This document shows, piece after piece, positions 48,232 to 57,939 of a DNA stretch of 64,000 nt. The position numbers and the translations under genes were made by a program. Origin of the DNA: Candidatus Woesearchaeota archaeon (lineage in GTDB: Archaea; Nanobdellota; Nanobdellia; UBA10117; JABICX01); NCBI GenBank assembly GCA_018692915.1, contig JABHLG010000007.1, positions 2,418-66,417 of the forward strand, given 5' to 3'. Each line of letters begins with the position of its first letter. Positions within the stretch are counted from its first letter, which is position 1. The notes beneath the pieces were generated by a model, which did no database searches, was not told where the DNA came from, and saw only the letters and a list, made by a program, of their open reading frames with translations.

Positions 48232-50580
48232 TTATTTGATTTCTTTAACTCGCATTGTGCCTTTGACTAGTGCTTCGATTTTATTCCAGTCTTTTGGTTT
48301 TTTCTTAAGTTTGTAATCATCAAGTTCTGCACCCATACTAAGCTTGTGGTCCTGCTTGTGCTTTCGGATTTCTGCGATTATTTTAATTGCAGTTTCTCCT
48401 AGCTTAATAGCGTCTTTGTCTGATTTTAGCTTATCAGGGAATGAAGTTAAGTGGATGCTCTTTGTTTTTTCATACTTTTTGAACAAACTATTGTAAATTT
48501 CTTCAGTTACAAATGGCATAAATGGAGCCCATAGCTTTAGAATATCTAAAAGGCAAGTATAAACTGTCCACTGTGCTGCTTTTTTACTAGCTTTGTTTTC
48601 CCCATAAATGCGATATTTAATCATTTCAAGGTAAAAATCGCAAAATTCTAAGTAAAAGAAGTTTTCTAGCTCTCTTCGTGCCTTGCTGATGTTGTAATTA
48701 TCAAATTGTTTGTGGTATTCTTGAGAAACTTCTGCAAGTCTGCTAAGAACCCACTTATCTGCGATTTCTAGAGTAGATTTAACAGGTTTTTCAAGGTTCA
48801 TAGAGATGAAACGTGCAGTATTCCATAGTTTTATCTGCAGTTTTTGCCCTCTAACTAGCTCTTTTTCATGGAAGGGAATATCATCGCCCCAATTTACTGT
48901 AGCAACCCAGTATCTTAGTGAATCTGCAGTGTATTTGTCGTGCATTTCACGTGGATTAATTACATTTCCAAGAGATTTGTGCATTGGCTTGCCACGTGGG
49001 TCAAGAACCATTCCATTAATCATTGCATTTGTCCAGGGTAAGCTGTTGTTGTGATAAAGTGCTTTTACAATTGTGTAAAAGTCCCACGTTCTAATAATAT
49101 CATGTCCATTTGTCCGTAAATCCATTGGAAATACTTTATTGAATAATTTTGGATTGTCAATCCATCTAGTTGCGATTTGAGGCGTAAGACTTGAAGTCAT
49201 CCAAGTATCAAAAACATCAGTTTCACCAATAAAATGAGATGAGCCACATTTACATTTTTTCTTTGGTTTGTCGATATTTGTGTCAACAGGCAGCTGATTT
49301 TCATCAGGGAAAATTGCTTCATTACATTTTGCGCAATACCAAACAGGTATGCTTGGACCAAAGTGTCGCTGTCGTGAAATTAACCAATTTCTATCTAAAT
49401 TCTGAACCCAATCAATATATCTTTTAACATAATAGCTTGGGTGCCATTTTACATCATTTCCTTGCTTAATGAACTCTTTTTTATTGTCAACTAAATTTAC
49501 AAACCATTGTTTTGTAACATTATACTCAACTGGATGGTGGCATCTCCAACAAGTTCCAACTGTTTGCTTTTTATCTTCTTGTCTAATTAACTGGCCGTCA
49601 CCTTCAAGTTTTTCAAGAATATATTGCCGTGCTTCTTTAAGTTTTAGACCGGCATAAGCTCCTGTTTCTTTGTTTAATCTACCATCTCCAGTTATAATTA
49701 ATTTTAAAGGAAGTTTGTATCTTCGCCATTTGTCAATATCTTCTGTGTCTCCAAATGTGCAAACCATCATACATCCAGAGCCAAATTCCATATCAACTGT
49801 TTTATCTGTCATAATTGGAACTTCAAAGCCGAAAATCGGAACAGTAGCAGTTTTGCCAACTAATTTTTTATATCTTTTATCATCTGGATTAACAAAAACA
49901 CCAATACATGCTGGAAGAAGTTCTGGTCTAGTTGTTGCAATCTCAACTCTTTTCATCTTTCCCATGGGTTCTTTCAGGTTAAAATAAATCCAATTTAGTT
50001 TTGTGTTTCTATCAACGCTTTCAACATCTGCTTGCGAGAGCGCTGTTTGGCATTCTGTGCACCAAATTGTTGGCTCTTCAGCACGATAAACTAAACCTTT
50101 TTTGTGTAAATCTAAGAAAGAAGTTTGAGCCGTTTTAACGCAATAAGGGCTAATTGTTTCATAAGTTAGGTCCCAATCATATGAACTTCCCCAGATTTTC
50201 AAATCATGTTGCGCACCTTTTAGAACAGGTTTCATTTCTCTAACAACAATTTTATTGAATTCATTTTTAGGCATATTTTTTGATTTTATGCCAAGCTTTT
50301 TTTCAACATAACGTTCTGTTGGCTGACCATTGTTATCATAACCAATTGGGAAAAATAGCTCAAAGCCATTCATTCTTTTGTATCGAGCAATAACATCAAA
50401 GCCAATGTAATTTAATGCATGACCTATGTGAAGCGGTCCAGAAATAGTTGGAGGTGGTGTATCTATTGAATAAACTTTCTTTTTTGAGTTTGGATTATAT
50501 TTGTAAAGCTTCTCAGTAAACCACTTTTTAGCCCATTTTTCTTCTAGTATTTTAAAATCAGGCTTCTTATCTAGTTTCAT
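48232..50580 (-). CDS. valS: Valyl-tRNA synthetase; start chosen at the internal MKLDKKPDF
   Basis: TPPPTISGPLHIGHAL, GWDDNGQPTER-like, GKPMHKSLGNVI. Confidence 0.95.
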   Translation of the reverse strand: MKLDKKPDFKILEEKWAKKWFTEKLYKYNPNSKKKVYSIDTPPPTISGPLHIGHALNYIGFDVIARYKRMNGFELFFPIGYDNNGQPTERYVEKKLGIKSKNMPKNEFNKIVVREMKPVLKGAQHDLKIWGSSYDWDLTYETISPYCVKTAQTSFLDLHKKGLVYRAEEPTIWCTECQTALSQADVESVDRNTKLNWIYFNLKEPMGKMKRVEIATTRPELLPACIGVFVNPDDKRYKKLVGKTATVPIFGFEVPIMTDKTVDMEFGSGCMMVCTFGDTEDIDKWRRYKLPLKLIITGDGRLNKETGAYAGLKLKEARQYILEKLEGDGQLIRQEDKKQTVGTCWRCHHPVEYNVTKQWFVNLVDNKKEFIKQGNDVKWHPSYYVKRYIDWVQNLDRNWLISRQRHFGPSIPVWYCAKCNEAIFPDENQLPVDTNIDKPKKKCKCGSSHFIGETDVFDTWMTSSLTPQIATRWIDNPKLFNKVFPMDLRTNGHDIIRTWDFYTIVKALYHNNSLPWTNAMINGMVLDPRGKPMHKSLGNVINPREMHDKYTADSLRYWVATVNWGDDIPFHEKELVRGQKLQIKLWNTARFISMNLEKPVKSTLEIADKWVLSRLAEVSQEYHKQFDNYNISKARRELENFFYLEFCDFYLEMIKYRIYGENKASKKAAQWTVYTCLLDILKLWAPFMPFVTEEIYNSLFKKYEKTKSIHLTSFPDKLKSDKDAIKLGETAIKIIAEIRKHKQDHKLSMGAELDDYKLKKKPKDWNKIEALVKGTMRVKEIK

Positions 50581-50717
50581 TATATGATACAAACCTCCAA
50601 AAGTTTAAAAGAATATTGTCTAAGTAAGGTCTTACGCAAATACGGGATACTCACCCATTTGAGCCATAATATACATTAAGAAGTAAGTTATTAAATGTTT
50701 TTAAATTTTGATTTGTT

Positions 50718-51038
50718 TTAGAAATAATTAATATGCTCTTTATATTGTGATTTAAATTCAGTTAATAATTCTTGAAGAGGTTTTTCATTTGCATTACTTG
50801 TAACTAAGCAAAATTGGTAATTTTCAGACTCATGTGGCTTAACTATAAAACCTGTTATATTTAATATATCTAATAATATATTGCCATTATGATCAACCCA
50901 TCCATGTTGCTCCATTCTTTTTTGTAGATTTATAAATGCAGGCTTAATTGACATATTTTTTCCATTACATTCTCCACGAGGTAATGGTTTATTACCAAGA
51001 GGTGTCATTGCAAATAATACTATAGGCATGTTTTCCAT
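50718..51038 (-). CDS. Hypothetical protein
   Basis: Intact ORF. Confidence 0.5.
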   Translation of the reverse strand: MENMPIVLFAMTPLGNKPLPRGECNGKNMSIKPAFINLQKRMEQHGWVDHNGNILLDILNITGFIVKPHESENYQFCLVTSNANEKPLQELLTEFKSQYKEHINYF

Positions 51039-51077
51039 TGTTACTCTTCAGAGAGAGCATTTAAAAGCGTTATTATA

Positions 51078-51893
51078 TTAAAGCGTGGTTTGAACTCCGC
51101 GACCTTGGGCGATTCCTTCAAGATTAACTTCTAATCTATCATCCGCAGCAATAGTTCTAACGCCTGTTCGTTTCTGGATTTCTCTTGCTTCTAAAAGAGG
51201 ATTTGCGTTTAGCATTTTTTGTCCAAAATGTGTTATAATTGCTAGTTCAGGTTTAACTTCCTCAATTAGCTTGATTGCATCTCCTGTGCACATGTGCGTT
51301 TTCCATTTGTCTGAGCCTGGGCGAAGGACATTTATTATCAGTACTGCAATGTCTTTGAATTCTTTGTGTAAATCCTTAAAATAAATTGTATCTGATGTGT
51401 ATCCTATTGATACGTCAGGCCCTTCAATTCGTAATCCTATGCAATCATCAATGTCATGCTGCGTTTTTGTAGCAGTAACTGTTAAATCACCTAATTTGAC
51501 CTTATCATTTGTTTTGATTTTAAATATTTCGTCAAGCTTACTTTTGTAATAATTTCTTAGCCAAGGAAGCTCTTCCTTTGTTCCGTCGATTACAGCAGGG
51601 ACAGATATTAAAATTCCTTTTTTATTTATACCACCGAGTGTAATTGCTTCGATTAGTGCATTAATATCATTAGCATGGTCGGTGTGCTCGTGAGTTGAAA
51701 TTATTACTCTTGTTTGCGCAGGTCTGATTTTTGTTCTTGCAGTTCCAGATAGCGCACCAGGTCCAGGGTCAATATGCATTTGAACACCTGGTATTTGAAG
51801 CACAAATCCACCCGCATTACGGGCTTGGTTAGATATAACTACTCTTCCGCCACCTGTTCCAATAAAAACTAACCTATTATTTACTTCCTTCAT
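51078..51893 (-). CDS. RNase Z-like metallo-beta-lactamase fold hydrolase
   Basis: FIGTGGGRVVISNQARNAGG, VIISTHEHTDHANDI. Confidence 0.88.
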   Translation of the reverse strand: MKEVNNRLVFIGTGGGRVVISNQARNAGGFVLQIPGVQMHIDPGPGALSGTARTKIRPAQTRVIISTHEHTDHANDINALIEAITLGGINKKGILISVPAVIDGTKEELPWLRNYYKSKLDEIFKIKTNDKVKLGDLTVTATKTQHDIDDCIGLRIEGPDVSIGYTSDTIYFKDLHKEFKDIAVLIINVLRPGSDKWKTHMCTGDAIKLIEEVKPELAIITHFGQKMLNANPLLEAREIQKRTGVRTIAADDRLEVNLEGIAQGRGVQTTL

Positions 51894-52028
51894 AGAAAAT
51901 CTAGATAATTAAGTTTATAATTGTTTATATTATTCAATCATATGAATTATTACTTCTTGCTAAACCAGTAAGCAGGTTCTATTTTGAGATATCAAAGACC
52001 TTTTATGTTTTTAGTTTTTAAGTAAAAT

Positions 52029-52730
52029 ATGAAATTCAAGATAAGCAAAAAGATTCTTGAGAAATTTCCTGAGCTAAATATTGGTGTGCTGGTTGTACAG
52101 GACATCGACAATTCAGGTTCTAATAAAGCGATTACTAAGTTACTTCGCAAGCAGGAAAGTGAAATTAGAAAGAATTTTAACACTGAAACCTTGTCTCAGA
52201 ACCCAAAAATAAGTGCTTGGAGAACTGCTTACTCTTCATTTGGAGCAAAACCAAAGAAATACAAGTGTTCTGTTGAGAATTTATATAGAATGATTTTAAA
52301 TGAAATCGAGTTAAAACCAATTAATAATCTTGTAGATATATACAATTACGTTTCAATAAAATACATAATTCCTCTTGGTGGCGATGATACAGATAAAATT
52401 GATGGAACCGTTACTTTGAAAATAGCTAAAGGTGATGAACCATTCACAGTTCTTAATTCTGAAGAGGTTAAATCACCTAAGCAAGGCGAAGTTATCTATG
52501 CTGACGATAAAGAAGTTTTATGCAGACGATGGAACTGGAGAGAGTGTGATAAGTCTAAGATGACTGAAAATACAAAGAATGCTACACTTGTTATTGAAGG
52601 TCTTCCTCCTTTTACTAAAGCAGATATTAGTAATATAATGACCGAGTTAGCTGAATTAGTTAAGAAATTCTGTGGTGGAAAATCCAAAATGTTTATACTT
52701 AATAATTCTTTAAGTGAGATAAAAGAATAA
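52029..52730 (+). CDS. B3/B4 domain-containing protein
   Basis: SAWRTAYSSFGAKPKKYKCSVENLYRMIL; LPLGGDDTDKIDG-type motifs. Confidence 0.8.
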   Translation: MKFKISKKILEKFPELNIGVLVVQDIDNSGSNKAITKLLRKQESEIRKNFNTETLSQNPKISAWRTAYSSFGAKPKKYKCSVENLYRMILNEIELKPINNLVDIYNYVSIKYIIPLGGDDTDKIDGTVTLKIAKGDEPFTVLNSEEVKSPKQGEVIYADDKEVLCRRWNWRECDKSKMTENTKNATLVIEGLPPFTKADISNIMTELAELVKKFCGGKSKMFILNNSLSEIKE

Positions 52731-52768
52731 GTGATTTATTGAAAGATTTTTAAATTTATCTGAGTAAT

Positions 52769-53047
52769 ATGTTTATGTTCTGTGAAAATCATTTTGACGA
52801 GATATTTGATGTTAATAAAGAAAATATTGATATTAGGATAAATGTTCTAAAAAGAAAAAATATGACAATATTGGGTTTGGAACAGATGGAAATAGAAGAA
52901 ATAGGTTTTTTACTTTGCTCAAGAAGATTTGGATATTGTAGTAAGTGTAATCTTAATTTTCCAAAAGAAAATGGTGAAGAAAATTCATGTTATGATATTA
53001 TTGGCAAATATTTTAAATTAGAAAATAATGGGCAGGAGGAGATTTGA
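52769..53047 (+). CDS. Hypothetical protein whose 3' end overlaps the tRNA gene antisense
   Basis: Intact ORF; CSKCNLNF. Confidence 0.4.
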   Translation: MFMFCENHFDEIFDVNKENIDIRINVLKRKNMTILGLEQMEIEEIGFLLCSRRFGYCSKCNLNFPKENGEENSCYDIIGKYFKLENNGQEEI

Positions 53048-53064
53048 ACTCCCGACATCACGAT

Positions 53065-53128
53065 TTCTCTGAATCTCCAGAATATGTTTTCTGGGGTTGG
53101 AAGACCTCTTTTATAAAAGAGGGATTCT
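53065..53128 (-). other. tRNA intron 2 (64 nt) at position 37/38
   Basis: Between CTGATA and ATCGTG; inner GAAUC/GAUUC; central helix imperfect. Confidence 0.85.
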
Positions 53129-53146
53129 TATCAGTCGTGCGCTCTA

Positions 53147-53179
53147 TTCCTGAACCGTTCAGCAAAAACCTTACGGTTA
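53147..53179 (-). other. tRNA intron 1 (33 nt) in the D-loop
   Basis: Central CCUG/CAGG, bulges GU^U and AA^U, inner AACCGU/ACGGUU. Confidence 0.85.
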
Positions 53180-53428
53180 ACCAGGCTAAGCCACCCGCCC
53201 ACAAACTTCAGGCGAAGTTTGACCACGCCTTTTCTCCTCAGAACACTAATGCGTTCGTCGAAAAATTAAGACGAAGAGAGATAACTTTCTAAGCTATCAC
53301 TTTATTGAATCATACTTGCCTTAACAAAAGAGCCACATTACTGCTTAAAAAGTTTACTTATTGAAAATAAATATCACTACTTCTCAATCTTAACTTAAGT
53401 ATTATATATTACACAATACATTAATTAG

Positions 53429-55339
53429 ATGGTTAAAACTCCACCTATTGGGGGAAATAGAGAGCGAGAGCAGAAAACAGGGTTAAAGGCAACGATTCCT
53501 TTCTCAATTCTTCTTCTTTTAGGTATTAATGCTATTATTGGAACAGGTATTTTCTTTGTTCCAGGTATTGCAGCTCAGCTAGCAGGACCTGGTTCGTTGA
53601 TTTCATGGACATTAGTTGCTATTATAGCACTTATAATTGCAGCTTGTTTTGCAGAACTTTCTAGTATGTTTCCAAAATCCGGAGGAGTTTATGAATATAC
53701 AAAGCAAGGTTTTGGAGAATTTGCAGGTTTTATGGTTGGTTGGACTAGCTGGATTGTTGCAAACATCACAATTGCTATGCTTGCAATAGGTGCATTGGAT
53801 TATTTTGGTGCTATAATTGAAGTTTCATATATTCAGCGATTGATTATTGCAATTATATTTGTTGTTGGTATGAATTTCGTTTCTTATCGTGGTATTGATA
53901 TGTCTGTAAAAGTGTTGCTATTTTTTGCAGTCTGCACAATTCTTAGTTTGTGGACTTTGCTAACTTGGGGCGTTTATTATGTAAGTGCATCTAATTTGAT
54001 GCCTTTATCGATTTTTCCAAAAGTGTCGATTGTGATAGCAATGCTTTACATACTTGAGACATTTTTTGGTTGGGAAACTGTTACATATCTTGCTGAAGAA
54101 ACCAAAGACCCTGCTAAAACAATTCCTAAAGTTATGATGTGGGGAACCGCAGCAGTTGTTTTACTTGCTTTAGGTGTTGTTGCAGTTACTCTTGGTGCAG
54201 TTAATTGGGAAGTTCTTGCTAATTCAGCTACACCGCTTTTAGAAGCTGCAAATATATTTATGGGTCAAAGTGGGGCGCGTTTGATTGCAGTTCTTGTTTT
54301 CCTTAATATTCTTGGTGGAGCAGCAGCATGGATTGTTGTAACTCCTAGACTTATTTTTGCTCTTGGTAGGGATAAATTACTTCCAGACGTGCTAAGTAGG
54401 ATTCATCCAGTTCATCAGACGCCTTATTATGCAATAGCTGTTCAAACAGTTCTTACAATTATAATTCTTTTATCTGGTTCATATAAATTGCTCTTAGAAA
54501 TGATACTTCCTCTTGCTATTTTTATGTATTCAATGGTTATTGTCTCTGTAACAATTTTGAGATTTACAAAACCGCATCTTGAAAGGCCATTTAAGATACC
54601 TTTTGGTAAGATTTTGCCAATAATTACTGCTATGATTTTATTGTTTTTAGCTGGAGGTATTGAATTTCAAACAACAATTTCAGGAGTAATGTTTGTAATG
54701 ATTGGAATTCCTCTTTTCTTGCTCGAAGCTATGCTTTACAAGCCAAAGTTAGTAAAGAAAATTTTGTCTCTTTCTGTGGGTATTACGTCTAGGACAACAG
54801 ATTTCTGGCTAACTAGAAAGACGCGTAGATATATTAAATATCATATTGGTGATATCAAAGGTAAAAATGTTATGAATTTTGGAACAGATGTTAGCAAATT
54901 TACTGTTGAGCTATCTAAATTAATTGGAGATTCTGGGAAGCTTTGTGTTACACATGCATCTAAGGACCATATTGATGCAACAAAAGAACTAGCTGAGAAA
55001 CATAAATTAAATAATATGATTTACTATGTTGAAAATGAAGCTCGACATGTAATTCATCCAAAACTAAAAGATTTTGATGCAATTGTTTCAGTTGGTGTTC
55101 TTGGTTATATTCAAGACCCTCATAAAGTTATTGCCACACTAGGAAAGAGAGTTAAAAAAGGTGGCAAGATTTATTTTGTAGATTACACAAACTTGCTAAA
55201 GATTATGCCTGAGCAAAAATGGTTACATGATGTTGAAGGCATTAAGAGAATGTTTGCACAAGCAGGATTCAAAGTTAATGTATCAAGACACAAAGGTCTT
55301 CTTTGGAACACTATCCATATTTACGGAAAGAAAGTCTAA
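53429..55339 (+). CDS. APC-superfamily permease fused to a C-terminal class I SAM-methyltransferase-like domain
   Basis: LLGINAIIGTGIFFVPGIAAQLAGPG, about 12 TM; then VMNFGTDVSKFTVELSKLIGDSGKLCVTHASKDH...FDAIVSVGVLGYIQDPHKVIATLGKRVKKGGKIYFVDY. Confidence 0.85.
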   Translation: MVKTPPIGGNREREQKTGLKATIPFSILLLLGINAIIGTGIFFVPGIAAQLAGPGSLISWTLVAIIALIIAACFAELSSMFPKSGGVYEYTKQGFGEFAGFMVGWTSWIVANITIAMLAIGALDYFGAIIEVSYIQRLIIAIIFVVGMNFVSYRGIDMSVKVLLFFAVCTILSLWTLLTWGVYYVSASNLMPLSIFPKVSIVIAMLYILETFFGWETVTYLAEETKDPAKTIPKVMMWGTAAVVLLALGVVAVTLGAVNWEVLANSATPLLEAANIFMGQSGARLIAVLVFLNILGGAAAWIVVTPRLIFALGRDKLLPDVLSRIHPVHQTPYYAIAVQTVLTIIILLSGSYKLLLEMILPLAIFMYSMVIVSVTILRFTKPHLERPFKIPFGKILPIITAMILLFLAGGIEFQTTISGVMFVMIGIPLFLLEAMLYKPKLVKKILSLSVGITSRTTDFWLTRKTRRYIKYHIGDIKGKNVMNFGTDVSKFTVELSKLIGDSGKLCVTHASKDHIDATKELAEKHKLNNMIYYVENEARHVIHPKLKDFDAIVSVGVLGYIQDPHKVIATLGKRVKKGGKIYFVDYTNLLKIMPEQKWLHDVEGIKRMFAQAGFKVNVSRHKGLLWNTIHIYGKKV

Positions 55340-55355
55340 TTCGTTAGTTTTTTAA

Positions 55356-55778
55356 GTGTTTTTTAACTATCTGAGAATGAGTAATACAATAAAAATACTA
55401 TATTCAATAGATAAGAAAGATGCAGAACTTACAGCAAATATTATGGTAGGATTATTTAATAGACATACTCGATCTGATGTGAAAATTAGTATTACAACAA
55501 TACATCCAAATGATTTAATAAGTAAATTACAATCTTATCCAAATTATGATCTTGTTCTAATGCATGACCCTGAAGAAGGCGAGTACGAATTAATTGAAAG
55601 ATATAGAAATATTTGTGATACAATATATGTTTTAGAAAGCAGCATGCCAGCTCTTGTAAAAGCGATGGTTTTAGACATGGGTTGGGATGATTATAGAAAC
55701 CAGAATGATTGTGCTGATGATATAGAAGAAATGTTAATTGATTTAAAGCTAATTCCAAAGAAAAGTGATATAGAATGA
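55356..55778 (+). CDS. Receiver-like hypothetical protein, copy 1
   Basis: IKILYSIDKKDAEL...YDLVLMHDP; similar layout to the next ORF. Confidence 0.5.
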   Translation: MFFNYLRMSNTIKILYSIDKKDAELTANIMVGLFNRHTRSDVKISITTIHPNDLISKLQSYPNYDLVLMHDPEEGEYELIERYRNICDTIYVLESSMPALVKAMVLDMGWDDYRNQNDCADDIEEMLIDLKLIPKKSDIE

Positions 55779-56197
55779 GAAACATAAAAGGTAAAGTAAA
55801 TATTATAGATATACTTTTTGCATCAGATAAAGATAATGAGTTATTACTTGGTGAAGTTGTACATCTAAATTATAGAGTTTCAGGTATTCGTACATATGTA
55901 GAAACTACAAGAATATTACCCTCTATGTTGATTAACGAAATAATAAGCAATCCTCGAAAATATTCCTTAGTTATTGTGCATTCTAGCAAACAAACAGATA
56001 TGTTTGATATAGTAGATAGATGTAAGAGGTTAACAGATACACCTTTTATTTTGGAATCTACTTCTTTTTATTCTGATAGTAAAAAGTATGTTTTACAGCA
56101 TTTTGATAGCTATACTACCCTAATAAATGAAGTAGAAGATATTGAAAATCTGCTATATGAATATAATATTGTATTAAAAAGTGATAAAATAAAATAA
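55775..56197 (+). CDS. Receiver-like hypothetical protein, copy 2
   Basis: VNIIDILFASDKDNELL...YSLVIVHSS; 4-nt overlap with the upstream ORF. Confidence 0.5.
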   Translation: MRNIKGKVNIIDILFASDKDNELLLGEVVHLNYRVSGIRTYVETTRILPSMLINEIISNPRKYSLVIVHSSKQTDMFDIVDRCKRLTDTPFILESTSFYSDSKKYVLQHFDSYTTLINEVEDIENLLYEYNIVLKSDKIK

Positions 56198-56354
56198 TAG
56201 TAACATTTATATCTAATTCTGTTTATTTATATTATGCGAAGTGATTGTCCCTTTACATGGTAATCAGAAGACGTCACTAATTCTAATTTTTATCGGCAAG
56301 TTTTTTAGTAAGGAGGTTTTTAGTGTAATATGAAGTATGGAGGTAACCATAGGA

Positions 56355-56433
56355 TTTGCGTAAGCAATCGTTCTGAGTGCGTTAGCATTACGAAGAACGA
56401 TGTTTTCTTACCTGGTTCTTTGGAAAAGAAACT
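56355..56433 (+). promoter_or_regulatory. Structured leader family 2, pheS copy
   Basis: TTTGCGTAAGCAATCGTTCT...AGAACGATGTTTTCTTACCTGGTTCTTTGGAAAAGAAACTGTG. Confidence 0.6.
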
Positions 56434-57939
56434 GTGATGAAGGACATTGTAAAGCTAGCAGATTCTCTACAGGATAATGAAATTAAGGTTCTGCAGGCAT
56501 TTAAAGGAAGAAATAATGAAATAGCTGAGCTAAAAGGACTTCCAAAGAATGAGTTTCTACGGGCAGGAATGTGGCTTGATAATAAAGGCTTGATAAAAAC
56601 ACATAAAGATAAAACTAGATTTATTCAATTAGATCTCCTTGGAGAAAAATATGTTAAATCAAAGCTTCCGGAGCTAGCTCTTTTAGCAGTCTTAAGCAAA
56701 AAACCTCATAGTTTGCAAGACCTTAAAGTAAAATTTCCACAAGATGAGCTTCGTTTTGCGATTGGTTATTTGAAAGGTAAAGGATATCTTGAGTTCCGAC
56801 ATGGTGTTTTATCAATAACTGACACGGGATTGAAAGTAAAAGTAACTCTTGAATTTAAATTTCTTTTGAAGCTAGCTAAGTTCAAAGAACTAAAAGTAGA
56901 ACATTTATTGCCCGAGGATCAATATTCATATCAGCAACTTAAGCGAAGAAAACAGCTGACTAGGGAAATTGAGCGAGTTTCAATTAATTTTTCAATTACA
57001 GATTTGGGAAAAGAAGTTCTGCAGAATCTAAGCAGTGAAAAGCGAATAGGTATGATTACATCTCAAATAATTAAAACAGGTTCTTGGAAAGATGCAAAGT
57101 TTAGGCGATATGATGTTTCTGCACCTGTTCCAAAAATTTATCCTGGAAAGAAGCAACCTTATTATCAATTTATCGATGATGTTAAAGCTAGACTTGTAAA
57201 AATTGGATTTCAGGAAATGACTGGACCAATTGTTGAAACGGAATTTTGGCACTTTGATGCGATGTTTCAGCCGCAAAACCATCCTGCTAGGAATGTATCT
57301 GATACATATTCAATTAAAAATGTTAAATATGGAAAGCTCCCAGACAAGAGAATTGTTAATGCAATTAGGGATTCTCATGAAACTGGAGGCAAGACAGGTT
57401 CAATAGGTTGGCGATATAAATGGGACGAAAAAATTGCTAGTCAATTATTGCCACGAGGTCATGCAACTTGTTTATCTGCAAGGCAGTTAGCAAAAGGTGT
57501 TAAGAGTCCAAGCAAATATTTTAGTGTAGCTAGATGTTATCGTCCAGATATTTTAGATGCAACACACTTAATTGAGTTTAATCAAGTAGAAGGTATTGTC
57601 ACAGGCAAGGTTAATTTTAAGCACCTGCTTGGTGTTCTAAAACAGTTTGCAATTGAGTTCGCAGGTGCTGAAGAAGTAGAGTTTATTCCAGATTATTATC
57701 CATTTACAGAACCAAGTGTTCAGATGAATGTAAAGCATCCAAAGCTCGGTTGGATTGAGCTTGGTGGCGCAGGTATTTTCCGTCCAGAATTTACTGAAGC
57801 ATTAGGCATAAAAGATCCTGTGCTAGCCTGGGGAATCGGAATAGACAGACTTGCAATGTGTAAGTTAGGTATAAATGATATTCGTTATATATTTAGCCAA
57901 GACCTAAACTGGTTAAGAAAGGAGAAGATTGTAAAATAA
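56434..57939 (+). CDS. pheS: Phenylalanyl-tRNA synthetase alpha subunit
   Basis: EMTGPIVETEFWHFDAMFQPQNHPARN, ELGGAGIFRPEFTEALG. Confidence 0.96.
   Translation: MMKDIVKLADSLQDNEIKVLQAFKGRNNEIAELKGLPKNEFLRAGMWLDNKGLIKTHKDKTRFIQLDLLGEKYVKSKLPELALLAVLSKKPHSLQDLKVKFPQDELRFAIGYLKGKGYLEFRHGVLSITDTGLKVKVTLEFKFLLKLAKFKELKVEHLLPEDQYSYQQLKRRKQLTREIERVSINFSITDLGKEVLQNLSSEKRIGMITSQIIKTGSWKDAKFRRYDVSAPVPKIYPGKKQPYYQFIDDVKARLVKIGFQEMTGPIVETEFWHFDAMFQPQNHPARNVSDTYSIKNVKYGKLPDKRIVNAIRDSHETGGKTGSIGWRYKWDEKIASQLLPRGHATCLSARQLAKGVKSPSKYFSVARCYRPDILDATHLIEFNQVEGIVTGKVNFKHLLGVLKQFAIEFAGAEEVEFIPDYYPFTEPSVQMNVKHPKLGWIELGGAGIFRPEFTEALGIKDPVLAWGIGIDRLAMCKLGINDIRYIFSQDLNWLRKEKIVK

Larger units (their letters stand above)
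53030..53200 (-). tRNA. tRNA-Ile(GAU) with two introns
   Basis: Exons join to GGGCGGGTGGCTTAGCCTGGTTAGAGCGCACGACTGATAATCGTGATGTCGGGAGTTCAAATCTCCTCCTGCCC (74 nt); acceptor GGGCGGG/CCTGCCC; anticodon stem CACGA/TCGTG; discriminator A at 53029. Confidence 0.93.

Noticed and set aside
53065-53128. The inner hairpins of the tRNA intron as separate small RNAs
   Set aside because: They are explained as intron secondary structure; no separate promoter is evident
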